A stretch of DNA of 64,000 nucleotides from assembly GCA_021613535.1 (NCBI GenBank), contig CP075496.1, positions 9,238,001 to 9,302,000 of the forward strand, written 5' to 3'. Of this stretch, positions 13,770 to 28,178 are shown piece by piece; positions within the stretch are counted from its first letter, which is position 1; each line of letters starts with the position of its first letter. The notes beneath the pieces are model-generated. The model was not told where the DNA came from, ran no database searches, and saw only the letters and a list, made by a program, of their open reading frames with translations. The DNA comes from Adineta vaga (Eukaryota; Animalia; Rotifera). The translations under genes were made by a program, and so were the position numbers.

Positions 13770-14685
13770 ATCTTCAGTTGTATTGCTATATATTCACAAT
13801 CTTGAGCAGTAGATAAATGCTGACTATACTCTCTTAATCTGCAATTAAGATGAATATATATTAAAAGGATTCTCTCATGGAAATGATTTCATTTGTTAAC
13901 ATTAGACGAATGCATGACTTTTAATTTTTTTTATATATAAATCTTTTTTTATAATAATTCCAACAGGTACATATACACATGTTACTATAGCAGAATAACA
14001 AATTGAATTTGTGACAGAATCGAAAATATTGTTAATTATCAATCATTAGAAGATAATTACGAAGTAAAAATTACTTTTTATTTAATTTTTTCCAAATGGT
14101 ACTGATAAAATAATGTGAAGACTATCAAAACAGATTTATACACTCTTAACAGATGACCAATAAACTGTCTGATGATGAATGCTTTTCTAATCTTATTGTA
14201 TTCATTTGGTGAGAAGTTTTTTTGTTTGTGTATTCCGTGAATTGATGTGATCATGTGTGAGAGCATTGGAATGTCATTATATTGCACGAAAAATATAATG
14301 ATAAAAACGTTTCATTCTATGATATATTCTGCATGAATGCTTTTTATATCTAAATATTCAATGATTATATGATAAACTTTGTTTTTTTCACCTGTAATAT
14401 AACTATCTATGATCCGTTTGAACAGATGGTAAAATTCTCGTTTTCATATAGAGTACTATACAGTTGACTACACTATATACTCTGGTGCATGATTAACGTG
14501 AATTCCATGATCGAAATAGAAATATCATAGAAAGATTTTCTTTGATATTATTTTCTACTTTATCCATTACAAATAAGAGTAGATGAATACATGCTTCCAC
14601 GACACTTAACACAATTATTCAAATAAGTTCATTAAAATGTGTTTCTAGAGTATGAAATTATGCAGTGTTTATGAGCAAAACAAAT

Positions 14686-15288
14686 CTAATCGTCATCATT
14701 CAAGTAATATTCTTCAGCTGCTTCGTTGTCCTCTTCATCTTCTTTATCAAATAATGATTCATCTATGGTTGGTAACGGTTGTGGACCTCGAGAAAAAGCT
14801 TTCTAAATAACAATGTGCAATGATAATGATCTTAAATGAGAAGTCTACCTACTGCTTTCTTTTTATGAAACACTGTATGCAGCATACTCATTATTTCTGG
14901 TAGTTCTTCGTGTAATTTCAGTAATTCTTGTTTGATTGGTATCGTAGAAAAAAAATTTCGAATTTTTATAAATTTTTTTCCATGTGTACATCTATTAAAG
15001 ACAAAAATCATATAACAAACAGTATTCTTGCTTAAAACATTCATACCTATCAAAAAGGACTTTTGTACGACTTGTGATACGATATAATCTACTCATAACA
15101 CGTTGTAATTTATATTTGTCCGCATTGGCTTTTTCCGTTGAATCGAGATTATTCAAGAATTCATTGATACTTTCTAGATCATCAGCTAAGACAGCACAGA
15201 CTTCTTTATTCGATAAAACTATTTCTACTTTTTTGCAACAATGTTCTATAAGTTTATTGATAGTCGAATAATCGATTGTAGTAGACAT
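14686..15288 (-). CDS. Stand-alone MLKL N-terminal-like four-helix-bundle protein with acidic tail (165 aa, 3 exons)
   Basis: Exons 15288-15047, 14991-14853 and 14802-14686, with 55- and 50-nt GT-AG introns, give a 498-nt open frame. VEIVLSNKEVCAVLADDLESI...KFIKIRNFFSTIPIKQELLKLHEEL follows the MLKL-NTD pattern. Tail DKEDEEDNEAAEEYYLNDDD. Confidence 0.65.
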
Positions 15289-17064
15289 GTGCACAGGTGA
15301 ATTATATTTTTGCAAAAAAAAAGATGATGTTGTGAAAAGAAACAAGAATAGAAGAAAAATTTTCTTCTTCTATGTTTATGAGTGTAAAAAGCTTTTTCTT
15401 TAAGTAAACGAAACAATATTGAATGTTTCGTTTATGTTAAAACGCCACGTCGCTAGTTTATCTCATACAATGTTTTTTGTGAGTCAGATTTTGCTACATG
15501 TGTGTTTAATAACAATCAATCCTCACGAATTATTTCCAAAGAAGAGAACATTGCTTCTATGTATTGTTAATAAAAGATATAGTCAGTTTTATTATAGATG
15601 TGGATATAGTGAAATCATATTTATATGATCCATGGTTGCAAATTTTCAATGTAGAAATAACTTGTATATTTGCTCGATCCGTAAAATCAACAAATATAAT
15701 TTATGGTCATTTAGATTTTTTGTTTAAGATATGATAAATCGTTCTAAATATACTGGATAAAGATACTCTCATATGCGTTTATAAACATTTTTCAATTTGC
15801 TGATGTTTCTCTTATTGTGAATATGAAGTTTGACGTTATATTAATTCACCTTGAACATATATATGAAATACTTAATATCAGTATTTTCTTTTGAAAAATA
15901 ATAAATCTTTCCTTTAAAATCTAGACAACATCAAGCGGAAAACAACTAGTTACAAACCGCGTACCTATAATATTTGAGTGAATCCTATGAAATGAAACAT
16001 AAATAGTTTATAAAATATTCATTCTTATTTAAAGAGCTATAGTAGGTTATGAAGAAAAATTAATATGGAAAGGAACACCCAAAATTAAAACAATTTTGAT
16101 TGATATTTATTCAATCTCTTTTACTGTGTTGTCATATTGTATTTTTCGAACGTATGAGATCGCATTAGAACATGTGGTTGTAATGAAAATAGAAGAAAAT
16201 AATGAAAAGATGCAAATGAACCAGCTGTGAGCTGTAACTTAATTGAAAATACAAGTTAAACTGTGTATAATCGATGATAGTACACACTACTAATCTATGA
16301 AGAATCTATCGTCTTTAAGGATAAGCAAAGAGACACAACAGAGTAATAAAAGGACAATAGCAAAGCACACACAAAAAATAAACTATACAAACTATGTTAC
16401 ATAAAACCTATAATGTCCAATCGGAGTAACACTACAGTAGTATTGGTACAATGCAGATCTGATTAGTTGATATTACCATATTAGTTCACTAAACATTTCT
16501 TATAGCTATCTTACGAGACGATATTCAATATAAAATTACAAAGAGAAACTCATACATATATACTTCTAGTTGACTTATCATCTCATAAATTAAGAACTAG
16601 ATGACATACGAATTCGAGCCATATGTACGAAAATATGGAGACTCAATTGAAATCATTCGTTCCGCAATTATAATTATGATATTCTATTTTAATGCAGGAT
16701 GTCCCAAAGAAGACGATTTTGACTTGGAATAAGAGAGCACACGGTGTTGTATAGTCAAGCCTACAAAACTTACATTAATTTTAAAGCTGAATCTGAAATT
16801 GTAATCCTTCAACTTTGCATGTAATACACTATATGTATAAACGTGAAAGAATTGATAGAAAATCGCTTGCCTCACCACGCACAGACATTTGTATTATTCT
16901 CGAATGGAAATATCATCAATACTCATCCACAGACACTCTGTTGATTTATCTAAAAATGACGTACAGATAGTGTTGATATGCATTTTGAAATAGCATGTAT
17001 GAGATCTATTATTTGCTTTCAAAATCGAGTCTCTATCACACTAGATATTGATTCTGGTCGACCG

Positions 17065-17688
17065 TTAGTCTTTTAACATACGCTTAATTTTAGGTATTTG
17101 CTTTTTAATTTTAATAATACCATTTGTAGGTGATTTTCTTGATTGTGGTATGCATGCAAATGAGCAACAAAAATAAATACTCATAATATATGTACAAATA
17201 ATTAACCAAAAAGCAGTCTGATAAAGAACACCATTGCAATATGAACCGATGTTTGTTTGATCATTAAATTGGACACGTTTGACTATACTGAAAACCGAAA
17301 TATTTCCCACGATAAACCAGACAAATAGAAATAGAATAAGAAATGCACTCAAAAATGCAATTAAAGTAATAAATTGATATTTATATTTGTCGATGTATAT
17401 GATATATACGATAGCGACCAGATGAATAACAAAAATAAAGAGACCAACCGCACCTTGAACAATGAGATAGATTGGAATATACGATTGACTAGGACAATCA
17501 TGTACATAAAGAATGCCGACAACGAAAGAAACGATAACAATTGATAGAGGGAGAAGAAGTTGGCAATGGAATCGTTTTGATGCATAGAGTCCAGTTGTTT
17601 TCTTGATTACTTTAGCAGGACCAAAGCCTTTAGAGAAATGAGATCGAATGTCATTGGGTACCATTTCTTGATCCATTGTAGACGCCAT
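17065..17688 (-). CDS. TMEM272-like four-TM membrane protein
   Basis: CPxQxYIPIYLIVxG, WFIxGN and YCxxxLYxxAF motifs. Four hydrophobic segments. Confidence 0.75.
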   Translation of the reverse strand: MASTMDQEMVPNDIRSHFSKGFGPAKVIKKTTGLYASKRFHCQLLLPLSIVIVSFVVGILYVHDCPSQSYIPIYLIVQGAVGLFIFVIHLVAIVYIIYIDKYKYQFITLIAFLSAFLILFLFVWFIVGNISVFSIVKRVQFNDQTNIGSYCNGVLYQTAFWLIICTYIMSIYFCCSFACIPQSRKSPTNGIIKIKKQIPKIKRMLKD

Positions 17689-18175
17689 CTAGATGCTATT
17701 TTGGAAAAAAATATGTTCAGAAAAACGAATTTGTTCTTTCAAGATTGTCAAAGATGGTGTACATACAATAGTGATGTTTCTTCGTCCCACAACGAGAAAA
17801 TATTTTACTTGTGAAGGTTAGAATATGGGTGTGTAAAAAGTAAAATATACACACATATATATATATATATTTATATACGCAAGTGTTGGTGACCATGCGC
17901 GATGTGCATCAATGGCTGTACACAAACGCAACAGTGAATGTACAGTTTTCTCTGTGTTGACTCATACTTTTCAATCAATAACAATTGCCATGATATAATC
18001 ATTCTCTAGTTGTTTGTCATTCGAGGTGTGTTATATTTCCTAAATAAGACTATTAATATTCACTTGCTCCTTGATATGCAATTCTGTCGCTGAATTGATT
18101 GCATGAATTCAATTATAGTGTCTATTTTATTTAATATATGTTAAGATGATTAAATATTAGTTGAATGCGCCCAGA

Positions 18176-18653
18176 TCAGTTAAAGCTTGGTTTTAAAGCT
18201 CGTCGTATCTTTCTTTTAGATAATGTTCTCATATTTATGTCATGTGCAATTTCGTTACGTAATTGATTTACTTTTTGCGCTTGGGTTCTGTTTTTGAAAA
18301 CATGTTCAGCTGATGTGAGCCGTTGATACATGGTTTCACCTGAGTAGCTAAACATTTTCAATGAATGATCCAATAAACTGTTGGCATAAATAATAGCCAA
18401 AGGGCGACATTCTTCAATTTGTGATAACTCTTCAATTCGCTGCTATTTTGTAATAAATAGATCATTTCGAGACGGAAAAAAGAATGAAGATATACGACGA
18501 CAACACCACCCGATAAGGAGAATAAAGAACAAGGCAAAAATACCAATAATACTAAAGATCATCACCGATAGATGCAAAGAGAGTTGAGGAGGTGATGGAG
18601 GTTCTTTATACTTGGTTGATAGGTTCTGGAAGATTAAGATAATAATCATCCAT
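18176..18653 (-). pseudogene. Small single-TM protein gene, disrupted (frameshift about 18608, in-frame TAG 18443-18445)
   Basis: MDDYYLNLPEPINQV shifts into KEPPSPP...TM...GWCCRR. ORFs 18443-18649 and 18176-18400 are in the same frame, separated only by TAG. Confidence 0.4.
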
Positions 18654-19611
18654 TGTATAGATTTGAAAATAAAGCAAAAATATTTTTACAGGTTGTGTCC
18701 TCACGTGTTTCTTCGCATGTATATTTGCGTATTATTTTTCTTCTTTTCTTTCTGTTACATTTCATATTATTTTTGAAAATTTTTTTTCTTTCCATCAAGC
18801 ATCGTTAATTAATTCTAGTTTTTTGCTTTTCTTCAACATATCTCGATATTTATCTGGATCAAATAGATAGCAATTTTAAAAGAAATGCATTCACTGGTTA
18901 AAACATATCCTCATTCTGAACACATGCTTCGTTATGAAACCCAATACGAATGTACGAATTTGGTGATGACCATAGTATACGCCTTATGCAATATATATAC
19001 AAATCTGATAAATGTGATTGGTATTTTATAACAAATAATATATTTTACCTTCTAAATAAAAGATTAGTTGGAAGGAAAAAAGGGAGTATGCCCTATTTGT
19101 ATCTTTATATAATTACTCAAAATGAATATGTTTATTGGGATTATACCATACTTAAGAAAGCAAAGTTCATATTCATTAAGTGTAACTGGTGTAACCAGTT
19201 CTGAATATAGATCTTGAACATCACTTTCATGTGCAGATGGTTTTGCAGCTGATAAACAAACAAAAGAACTGTATCTGTCATTGGTTCTCTTCAAATTTCA
19301 AATTAATTTTCCTATTTCAAACAATAAATCAGAGAAAAACGAGTATAATATCTACAAGATTTTTCTTATCAATAAACAAAATTACAGTATGGAATGCTTG
19401 TTATTTTTATTACGTTTAAAAATTTCTACTTGTATACTTCATCATATTGTAAGAAAGAATGAATGAAAGAAAGAAGGGCAAAGGTGAAATCAACGAATAT
19501 ATATATATATATATAGATAACTAAATGAGGATCAAAATAAAGCTGCCCTTTTTTCATCGCCATGATGATATTTCTTATCTGAAAGTAAGTAAAACTGCTC
19601 TACAATACATA

Positions 19612-19638
19612 GAACGAACGAACGAACGAACGAACGAA
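19612..19638. repeat. (GAAC)6 microsatellite upstream of the SDR gene
   Basis: Direct read of gaacgaacgaacgaacgaacgaacgaa. Confidence 0.9.
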
Positions 19639-19761
19639 AAAAACCATGCGTATGTCCATGATAACAAAGTATATTCTTTCTATTCATTTACTGATATTGA
19701 TAGCGTCATTTGTTTCGTATATATAAAACGCTCGTTTTACCCTGAAACAAACGAATAAAAC

Positions 19762-20733
19762 ATGATTTTTGTCATTGGAGTTATTTTACTCGCTTATATT
19801 GCTTATCAATTATATCAACATTTCAATCCTGCACCTAATGTAGATCCACATGGTAAATATGTTCTCATCAGTGGCTGTGATACTGGCTTTGGTAATGCAT
19901 TAGCTATTGAACTTGATAAACAAGGATATAATGTCTTTGCGGGTGTCTATAGTTCTAATAATCAAACTACATTAACCAATCAACTTTCACCTCGAGCCAC
20001 TGTTTTTTTACTTGATATAACTCAAAAGAAAGATATTGACTCAGCATTCGAAATGGTCAAAGCCAAAACAAACACTCTTCATGCTTTGGTCAACAATGCT
20101 GGTGTTTCAACTGGTGGACATATTGATTGGATTACAACAGAATCTATGCGTCAAATCATGGATATTAATTTTTTTGGACATGTTGATATGACTAAAACAT
20201 TTTTACCATTACTCGTTTCTAAACGAGGTTCACGTGTTATTAATATCTGTTCAGTTGCTGGTTTCATCAGTCCTCCGTCGAGTTCAGCTTATTGTGCTTC
20301 GAAATATGCATTGGAATCATTTTCAGATTGTCTTCGTCGTGAAATGTTTTCTTGGGGTTTACATGTTAGTATCATTGAGCCAGGTATTATGGGTACGGCT
20401 ATTGTTCAAAAACATACTCAAGCTGTACGCGAAGTAGGCTTACAATTATCAGTTGATGCAAAAGAACGATGGGGTGAAGAGTATTTCCAAAGTTATTTTA
20501 AAAAATTAGAAAATAATATTCTGGTTAAAAATGCAGAAAATCCAATTAAAGTTGTCCGTGCATTGGAGCACGCAGTATCTAGTACAGCTCCATGCATTCG
20601 TTATAAACCTGGATGGCAATCAAAATGTATCTACTATCCATTATCGATACTTCCAACTTGGTTAACCGATCTTTATTTTATAAAAACACGTACTTTAGAT
20701 GTTTCGCCCATTGGCATAAAGAAACAACTCTAA
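19762..20733 (+). CDS. Short-chain dehydrogenase/reductase, RDH/17beta-HSD-like, N-terminal membrane anchor
   Basis: SGCDTGFG, LVNNAG, YCASK and SIIEPG motifs. Intronless 323 aa. Confidence 0.92.
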   Translation: MIFVIGVILLAYIAYQLYQHFNPAPNVDPHGKYVLISGCDTGFGNALAIELDKQGYNVFAGVYSSNNQTTLTNQLSPRATVFLLDITQKKDIDSAFEMVKAKTNTLHALVNNAGVSTGGHIDWITTESMRQIMDINFFGHVDMTKTFLPLLVSKRGSRVINICSVAGFISPPSSSAYCASKYALESFSDCLRREMFSWGLHVSIIEPGIMGTAIVQKHTQAVREVGLQLSVDAKERWGEEYFQSYFKKLENNILVKNAENPIKVVRALEHAVSSTAPCIRYKPGWQSKCIYYPLSILPTWLTDLYFIKTRTLDVSPIGIKKQL

Positions 20734-21132
20734 TTCGACTTTTACTTAGATAATTTAAGCTATTGTTCATAGAGAACAATATATAATCATCAGTAACTGT
20801 TCCATTTTTCCTATCTTCATATAACAGTAAAAAAAAGAACATCATTTAAAACAAAAATATCCTTTTTCGCGATTTATCTTGAAATTAATCTCTTCGTTGA
20901 CGTATTGCAACAGAATTCATCACATTCAAACTGCGTTCGCTCAAAATAGTTTTTCTATTTTGTACCGTATCTGACTTCTTTCTATTCGGACTTTCAATCA
21001 TCGCATTACCACGATATGCTACAAAATGATTTTAACTAGTCGTTTATTAAGGAAAAAAATATACTTCAACCTTTGTAATAGTTTGATTACAAGATCTGAG
21101 AGTAAAAAAGTAGATCAACAATTAAATTTTTT

Positions 21133-22896
<1,764 letters not shown>

Positions 22897-23485
22897 TGTT
22901 AGGTGTTACAATTTTCACAATAAAAAAGGCAAACGATTTTTTTGCAGGGAAGTAGTTAATTATTGTAATTGAAAATGTGTGGTGTAAGAATATGCTTTAC
23001 GAAATTTGCAATCACATCGTGGGATTACAATGTTGAGAAATTATGAGTAGAAAGTGGGGAAAACATCACAAGTTGAGACAGAAAGAAGAAACAAAAAAGA
23101 GTCGAGCACGTGCGAAGTAATATGAGAAGAACGAAAGAAAGAAATATGACGAGTAATAAAGATAATAATATAATAGAAAAGAAAAGAAAAGAAAGAAAAA
23201 GTAAACAACGATAGTCCTGTAGGAATAACTTCAGTGTTGTTCTCCTTTGAGCATAGAATTATTATAAAAATGTTTACAACAATATAATCATTCATAGAAT
23301 AAAATGAACTAAAATCAATAAGAGTACTTAAAATCTATATATGAATGAATTTTAATTTAATTTGATTATATTCTTATCCATTTTTTAATCATACACTTTG
23401 TTATAAACGATTATGTTCTAATCAATCATAATCATTATGTTAAAAGTTTAAAAAATGTTTCTTGCATTATTAATCAGATCTAAAA

Positions 23486-24443
23486 TCACGCGTTGTTTTT
23501 CGTTTTTTTAATAAACCAAGTATTTGAGAGAACAGTGACATTGAGTTTATTGCTATCTATAAATCTTAGAACATCACATCGTACAGCTTTCCAACTCCAA
23601 TCATCGCCAATAAGAATTCCACCCGTTTGAAGAAGTGTCCAATATAATTCAAGTTCTAGATACGTTTCACCTTGTAAATGTGCACTATCCAAATAAATAA
23701 TTTGAGGAAATAATTTTTTTTCAAGTAGAAAACGTGCACCTAATAAGGATGTTGTAGAATATGGTATAACATGATCTGTTAGATTATTTGCGATAATATT
23801 AGCAAGAAATTGTTCGTAAACAATTGGTCTACCATATACAATACCCATCATTTGTCGAAAATCATCTCGAATCCAATGTTCAAGTCCACCGAGCCATGTA
23901 TCGATACAAAGTAAAACATATGTTTCTATCGATTCATCTTCAAGTAATGCTTTACCTATATTGGTTGCCGATCGACCCATAAAGCTACCTACTTCGACGA
24001 CAAATGTAATGGATATATCAACTTCTTTTCGAAGTTTTGTAAACAATGATTGTGTCAGAGATGTATGTGGATATGTTGAATCAAGTTTCTTTTTAAATTA
24101 TTAGGCCATGTTTCATATAAATTGGGTATGCTGTAGATCCAAAGAGAAATTTATGTAGTTCTTGAAACGATGGTGAATATGTTGTTGGCATAGCTAACCA
24201 TGATGAATCGTTTAGAATGGAAAAAAATGATTGAAATAAATGCCGAGGAGTTATTCGAGGATCGTAAGAATCACAATCGACTTGTTTTTTATGATGAGTA
24301 ATAATTAAACCTTGAAGATCTGATTGGTCAGGAGTTTTGATTGAATAATTTAATAAAAGTTTGGTCATAATACTGATTGTAATTAATAATATTATTAATT
24401 TAATACATAGTTTCGTTGATTGTTTTATTTGACACGTATTCAT
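23486..24443 (-). CDS. Type II membrane class I SAM methyltransferase (Methyltransf_24-like), two frameshifts at about 24090-24116
   Basis: N-terminal TM, then VEVGSFMGRS, CIDTWLG, IYLDSAH and GGILIGDDW. The junction reads YPIY/ETWPNNLK/KLDSTYPHTS across three frames. Confidence 0.78.
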
Positions 24444-25207
24444 ATTTTTAAATGGAAATTTTTCTAAAAAAGTAAAAGGTGCAACACGATCAACAAATAT
24501 TACAAGTATATACTCTTCCTGTTTTAATTCAGGTAGCTTTGTTCATATGTAAAATATCTCAATGGAAACAATGGTCTCTTTTGTTATTCTGCAGTTTTAT
24601 CATGAATCGGTCGTGTAATTATAAGTCTTGGCAAACTATTTATAAATGTTACGAAGAAAACGGAAAAGATGGAAAGCATGAAATATTTCTTGAAGAAGAA
24701 GAAAGAAAAAGAAAGTTAGATTATCCCCTCTTCGTAACATTTTATCTTACTTCTTACTTGAAAAAAAGAATTAGCAAACATACATTTATACGACGGTGAG
24801 AAAAAGAGAAGAAAGCTTGCCGTAAGTATGGCAGGCATTGAACTGATTGTCAGGAGAAAGGAAAAAGAAATGGCTTGATTAACGCAAACATGATTTTCAG
24901 TGAAAGAAGATTTTGTTTTCAAAATTCATAGCAGCGAATAAATGATTAAAAAGAAGTCTTTTTCAAATATTAGAGGAAGCTGTTCTGTCAAGTAAAAATC
25001 ATATCAAGATAGTTTACAAAATATTTTAATCAGAAAAATTTTAATTTCATCTGTTTATATCCATTTTTCTATATTTATAAAACAAGAAGAATATAACGAA
25101 CACATTTTATCTTTTATCTTATAGAAAAGATAATCAAGTCATATATGAATAGTGTATTCTTTCCCGAAACGCATATTTTATTGTATTTAAAGAAAAAAAA
25201 CATAATA

Positions 25208-26323
25208 ATGATCTCATTCTATATTTTTCTTCTATCAAATTTGTTACTTATTTCAAGTAAACAGATAACTATTTCCAATATTCTTCCACGTCTTGATATC
25301 AATGGTAATTTTGTTGATGCACATGATGGTTGTTTAGTGAAATTCAATAATACTTACTTCATCTATGGTACTGTTTATGGTCATTGTCATCAATCGACGA
25401 CTATTTGTGATGCTGTTTGTGGTTACTTAAATAATACTTTTGCATTATATACATCACTTGATCTTGTTAATTGGACATTGATTAATAATAATATTGTACC
25501 TGATGTAACTATCGACCATAGTTATGTCAATTATTGGATGCCTAATGTTGGTTATAATATTCGAACGAAACAGTTTGTAATGATTTATTGGTCGAGTAGA
25601 TATGGTTTTAAAAATTCTAGTATTGCTCTTGCTATTTCTTCAACGCCTTATGGACCATTTAGGAATGCTCCACCGTTAGAAATGCAAGGAGGAAAAATAA
25701 TTAGTGATACAACAAATCTGTTTATTGATGATGATAATACAGCTTATGTACGTTACAATACACGTGATGCACCATTACGACATGTTATTGAGAAACTTTC
25801 ATCGGATTGGATGACGACAACAGGAGAATATTCGATTATTTTTGAGAAGCAAGATTTTCCTTGGTATGATGGTGGTGGTATCTTTAAAAGGAAAGGAATT
25901 TATTATACTATGCTATCGTTTGATTGTTGTTTTTGCCAATGGGGTTCAGATGCACGAACATTTGCAACGACGAATATTCTTGGAAATTGGACATACATAG
26001 GTCAATTAAACTATTGTGCTGATGGAAAGCTACCACCTAATCATGTAAATGATATGACAATCAATCCATGTTCAATTAATGATCCATACGGAACGAATTT
26101 TACTGTTCCTGCTCAACAATTCAATGTTGCAACATTATCAATATCAGCAAATGAAACTTTCTATATGTATTATGGAGAAAGATTTCGTTCAAGTAAAGAT
26201 GGAATAAAAGGACATGATTTTCAAGCATGGATACCAATCGAATTTACAGCAAATGATACTTTAATGCCAATGAAATTTTATGCTAATTTCACAATCAATA
26301 TTCAAGATGATTTCGCTAACTAA
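25208..26323 (+). CDS. Secreted glycoside hydrolase family 43-like five-bladed beta-propeller
   Basis: Signal peptide from ATG 25208. DINGNFVDAHDG, YTSLDLVNW, AISSTPYGPF, LFIDDDNTAY and IFKRKGIYY motifs. Intronless. Confidence 0.82.
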   Translation: MISFYIFLLSNLLLISSKQITISNILPRLDINGNFVDAHDGCLVKFNNTYFIYGTVYGHCHQSTTICDAVCGYLNNTFALYTSLDLVNWTLINNNIVPDVTIDHSYVNYWMPNVGYNIRTKQFVMIYWSSRYGFKNSSIALAISSTPYGPFRNAPPLEMQGGKIISDTTNLFIDDDNTAYVRYNTRDAPLRHVIEKLSSDWMTTTGEYSIIFEKQDFPWYDGGGIFKRKGIYYTMLSFDCCFCQWGSDARTFATTNILGNWTYIGQLNYCADGKLPPNHVNDMTINPCSINDPYGTNFTVPAQQFNVATLSISANETFYMYYGERFRSSKDGIKGHDFQAWIPIEFTANDTLMPMKFYANFTINIQDDFAN

Positions 26324-26849
26324 TTGAAAAGATCGTTGTCAAAAACTGACTAAATTTACTGATATGATTATTCATGAAATATTTTAAAGAATGAAATAGA
26401 TATCATCGTCTCTACTTCATCCATACGTCCATATTCTCGAGATTATCGGACTGAATCTTGAAATTGTGTAGGACCATATTTTGCTGGAAACTGTCCGTTT
26501 GGATAAACAATGATATAGTCGAGGAGGGCAGCTAAAAATCAATTTTTAGATTCGATATTATTATTATTATATGCTATGACAGTACTTGGAGATATTTTAT
26601 TTTTTTTGACAATACGAATTGAATTAAATAAGTTTCTGTCGCAATTCTAAAGTAAATACAAGACAAACGATATTCATTGTGAAGAATAGTTTTATTAACT
26701 ATATAGTATAAGATACACCTTTCTAATCAAACCAGATGATTTTCTTGTTTTCAATATTATTTAGTGGCGTTATTGCTTTTACTATTATGAAGATTCTCCA
26801 AAGAAGTCATTCGTGTACATTCTTTATGAACCGATCGATTACTTTTCAA

Positions 26850-27900
26850 TCTATCTCTTTTGAAAACACAGAGAATACAGTTTTCAACGAATTTCGAGAA
26901 AAACTTACACTGACTGCTTATGATGATTATCCTGATTACATTGATCAAATGATTCATAGGGCAGAAAAAAATTTGCTTGCTATACTGATAAGATTATGTT
27001 GTGTGCTACAAGTTCTAGAATGAGAGCCAAAATTAAATATCTTCCTGTAACTTCATCAATGCTCGAATCATATGTCATGTCCGTACGTCTGGTCTCTGTA
27101 ACAATCTACAGATCGCTTTCATTCTTGTTTCCTTCTCTTGAACAGCGATGATTTCACTTATATATTGGAGAAAAACATGAAATGTTTCCAAAATCGAAAG
27201 ATGGTATATCGATGGATCCATTGAAGTTACTTCGTCTGATATACAAATAAAAATTGGATTAGATGTTTTTAACATGATTTTAAACGATTCAATCGAAAGA
27301 ATAACAGATTTTGAAACAAATATACTCGCTCAACTCGTCTTTGCATTTCTTCTGCCAATTTCGATTGCAGTTCTCTTGTTCAAAATAATATTTGCGATGC
27401 AAAGTTCAATATTATTGTAGAGAACATGTAGCTCTAATAAACATGTGTATGTATTGCAGTATAGTGAAGAATATTTTGGATCTCTTACTAACATTCATAC
27501 AACTGAATATTCTCTGTTACCAACATCGACCTTTTTCGAACGCATCAAAGAGGAAGACATGCGTAAGGTGAATGGATTGTAACAACCCCAAGCTGGTCCA
27601 GTTCGATATCGAATGGAAGATGTAGTTAAATGCACACGATTTTTCTCGCGATAGGATGATTTAATTCTATTACCATATGTATCAGCTCAAATCCTACGAA
27701 TTCCTCTCATTTTTCATTGCTTATCGTGTTGGAAGTCTTTTGGATGTGTTTGGAGAGAAGACAACAGAACAACATGTTATGCATGCTCTTCATCAAGAAA
27801 CAATCCAACAGTGGAAAAAACGCACGATAACTGTTGAACTATGTGATTTTATCACATGTTCGAAATAAGATGTCTTTCTACTTCAATATGTTAGAATCAG
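26850..27900 (+). pseudogene. GH3 (auxin-responsive acyl-adenylate ligase) family pseudogene
   Basis: Fragments FREKLTLTAYDDYPDYIDQM, TTQAGPVRYRMEDVVKC and YRVGSLLDVFGEKTTE, with many stops and shifts. Confidence 0.7.
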
Positions 27901-28178
27901 AATTCTAACAACAATGTTTATGAAGAAATTTTTTACCGAATCAATACGAAGGTTGAAGTAAACAAATCTTTTTGAGTAACGATATACATTTACATAATAA
28001 TTTGTATACAAATCTACAGAGCACAATTAGGAATATGACGTCTCTGTGTATAAATGAAAACCTAGATGATAGTATGTGGATATATAAATAATTATAAGTG
28101 TAAAATGATGAGTCATAGGGTAATTTCATCTTGATTATGAATTTCAATGATTCCATTAAGACAATCTTAGAAGAACAT

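Noticed and set aside
20885-21132. Extra 3' exons of the kinase
   Set aside because: Acceptor-like sites and an open frame exist, but there is no GT donor before the TGA at 21133. Left unannotated.
26395-26540. Coding-like minus-strand fragment (LDYIIVYPNGQFPAKYGP)
   Set aside because: Too short, contains a stop, family not recognised.
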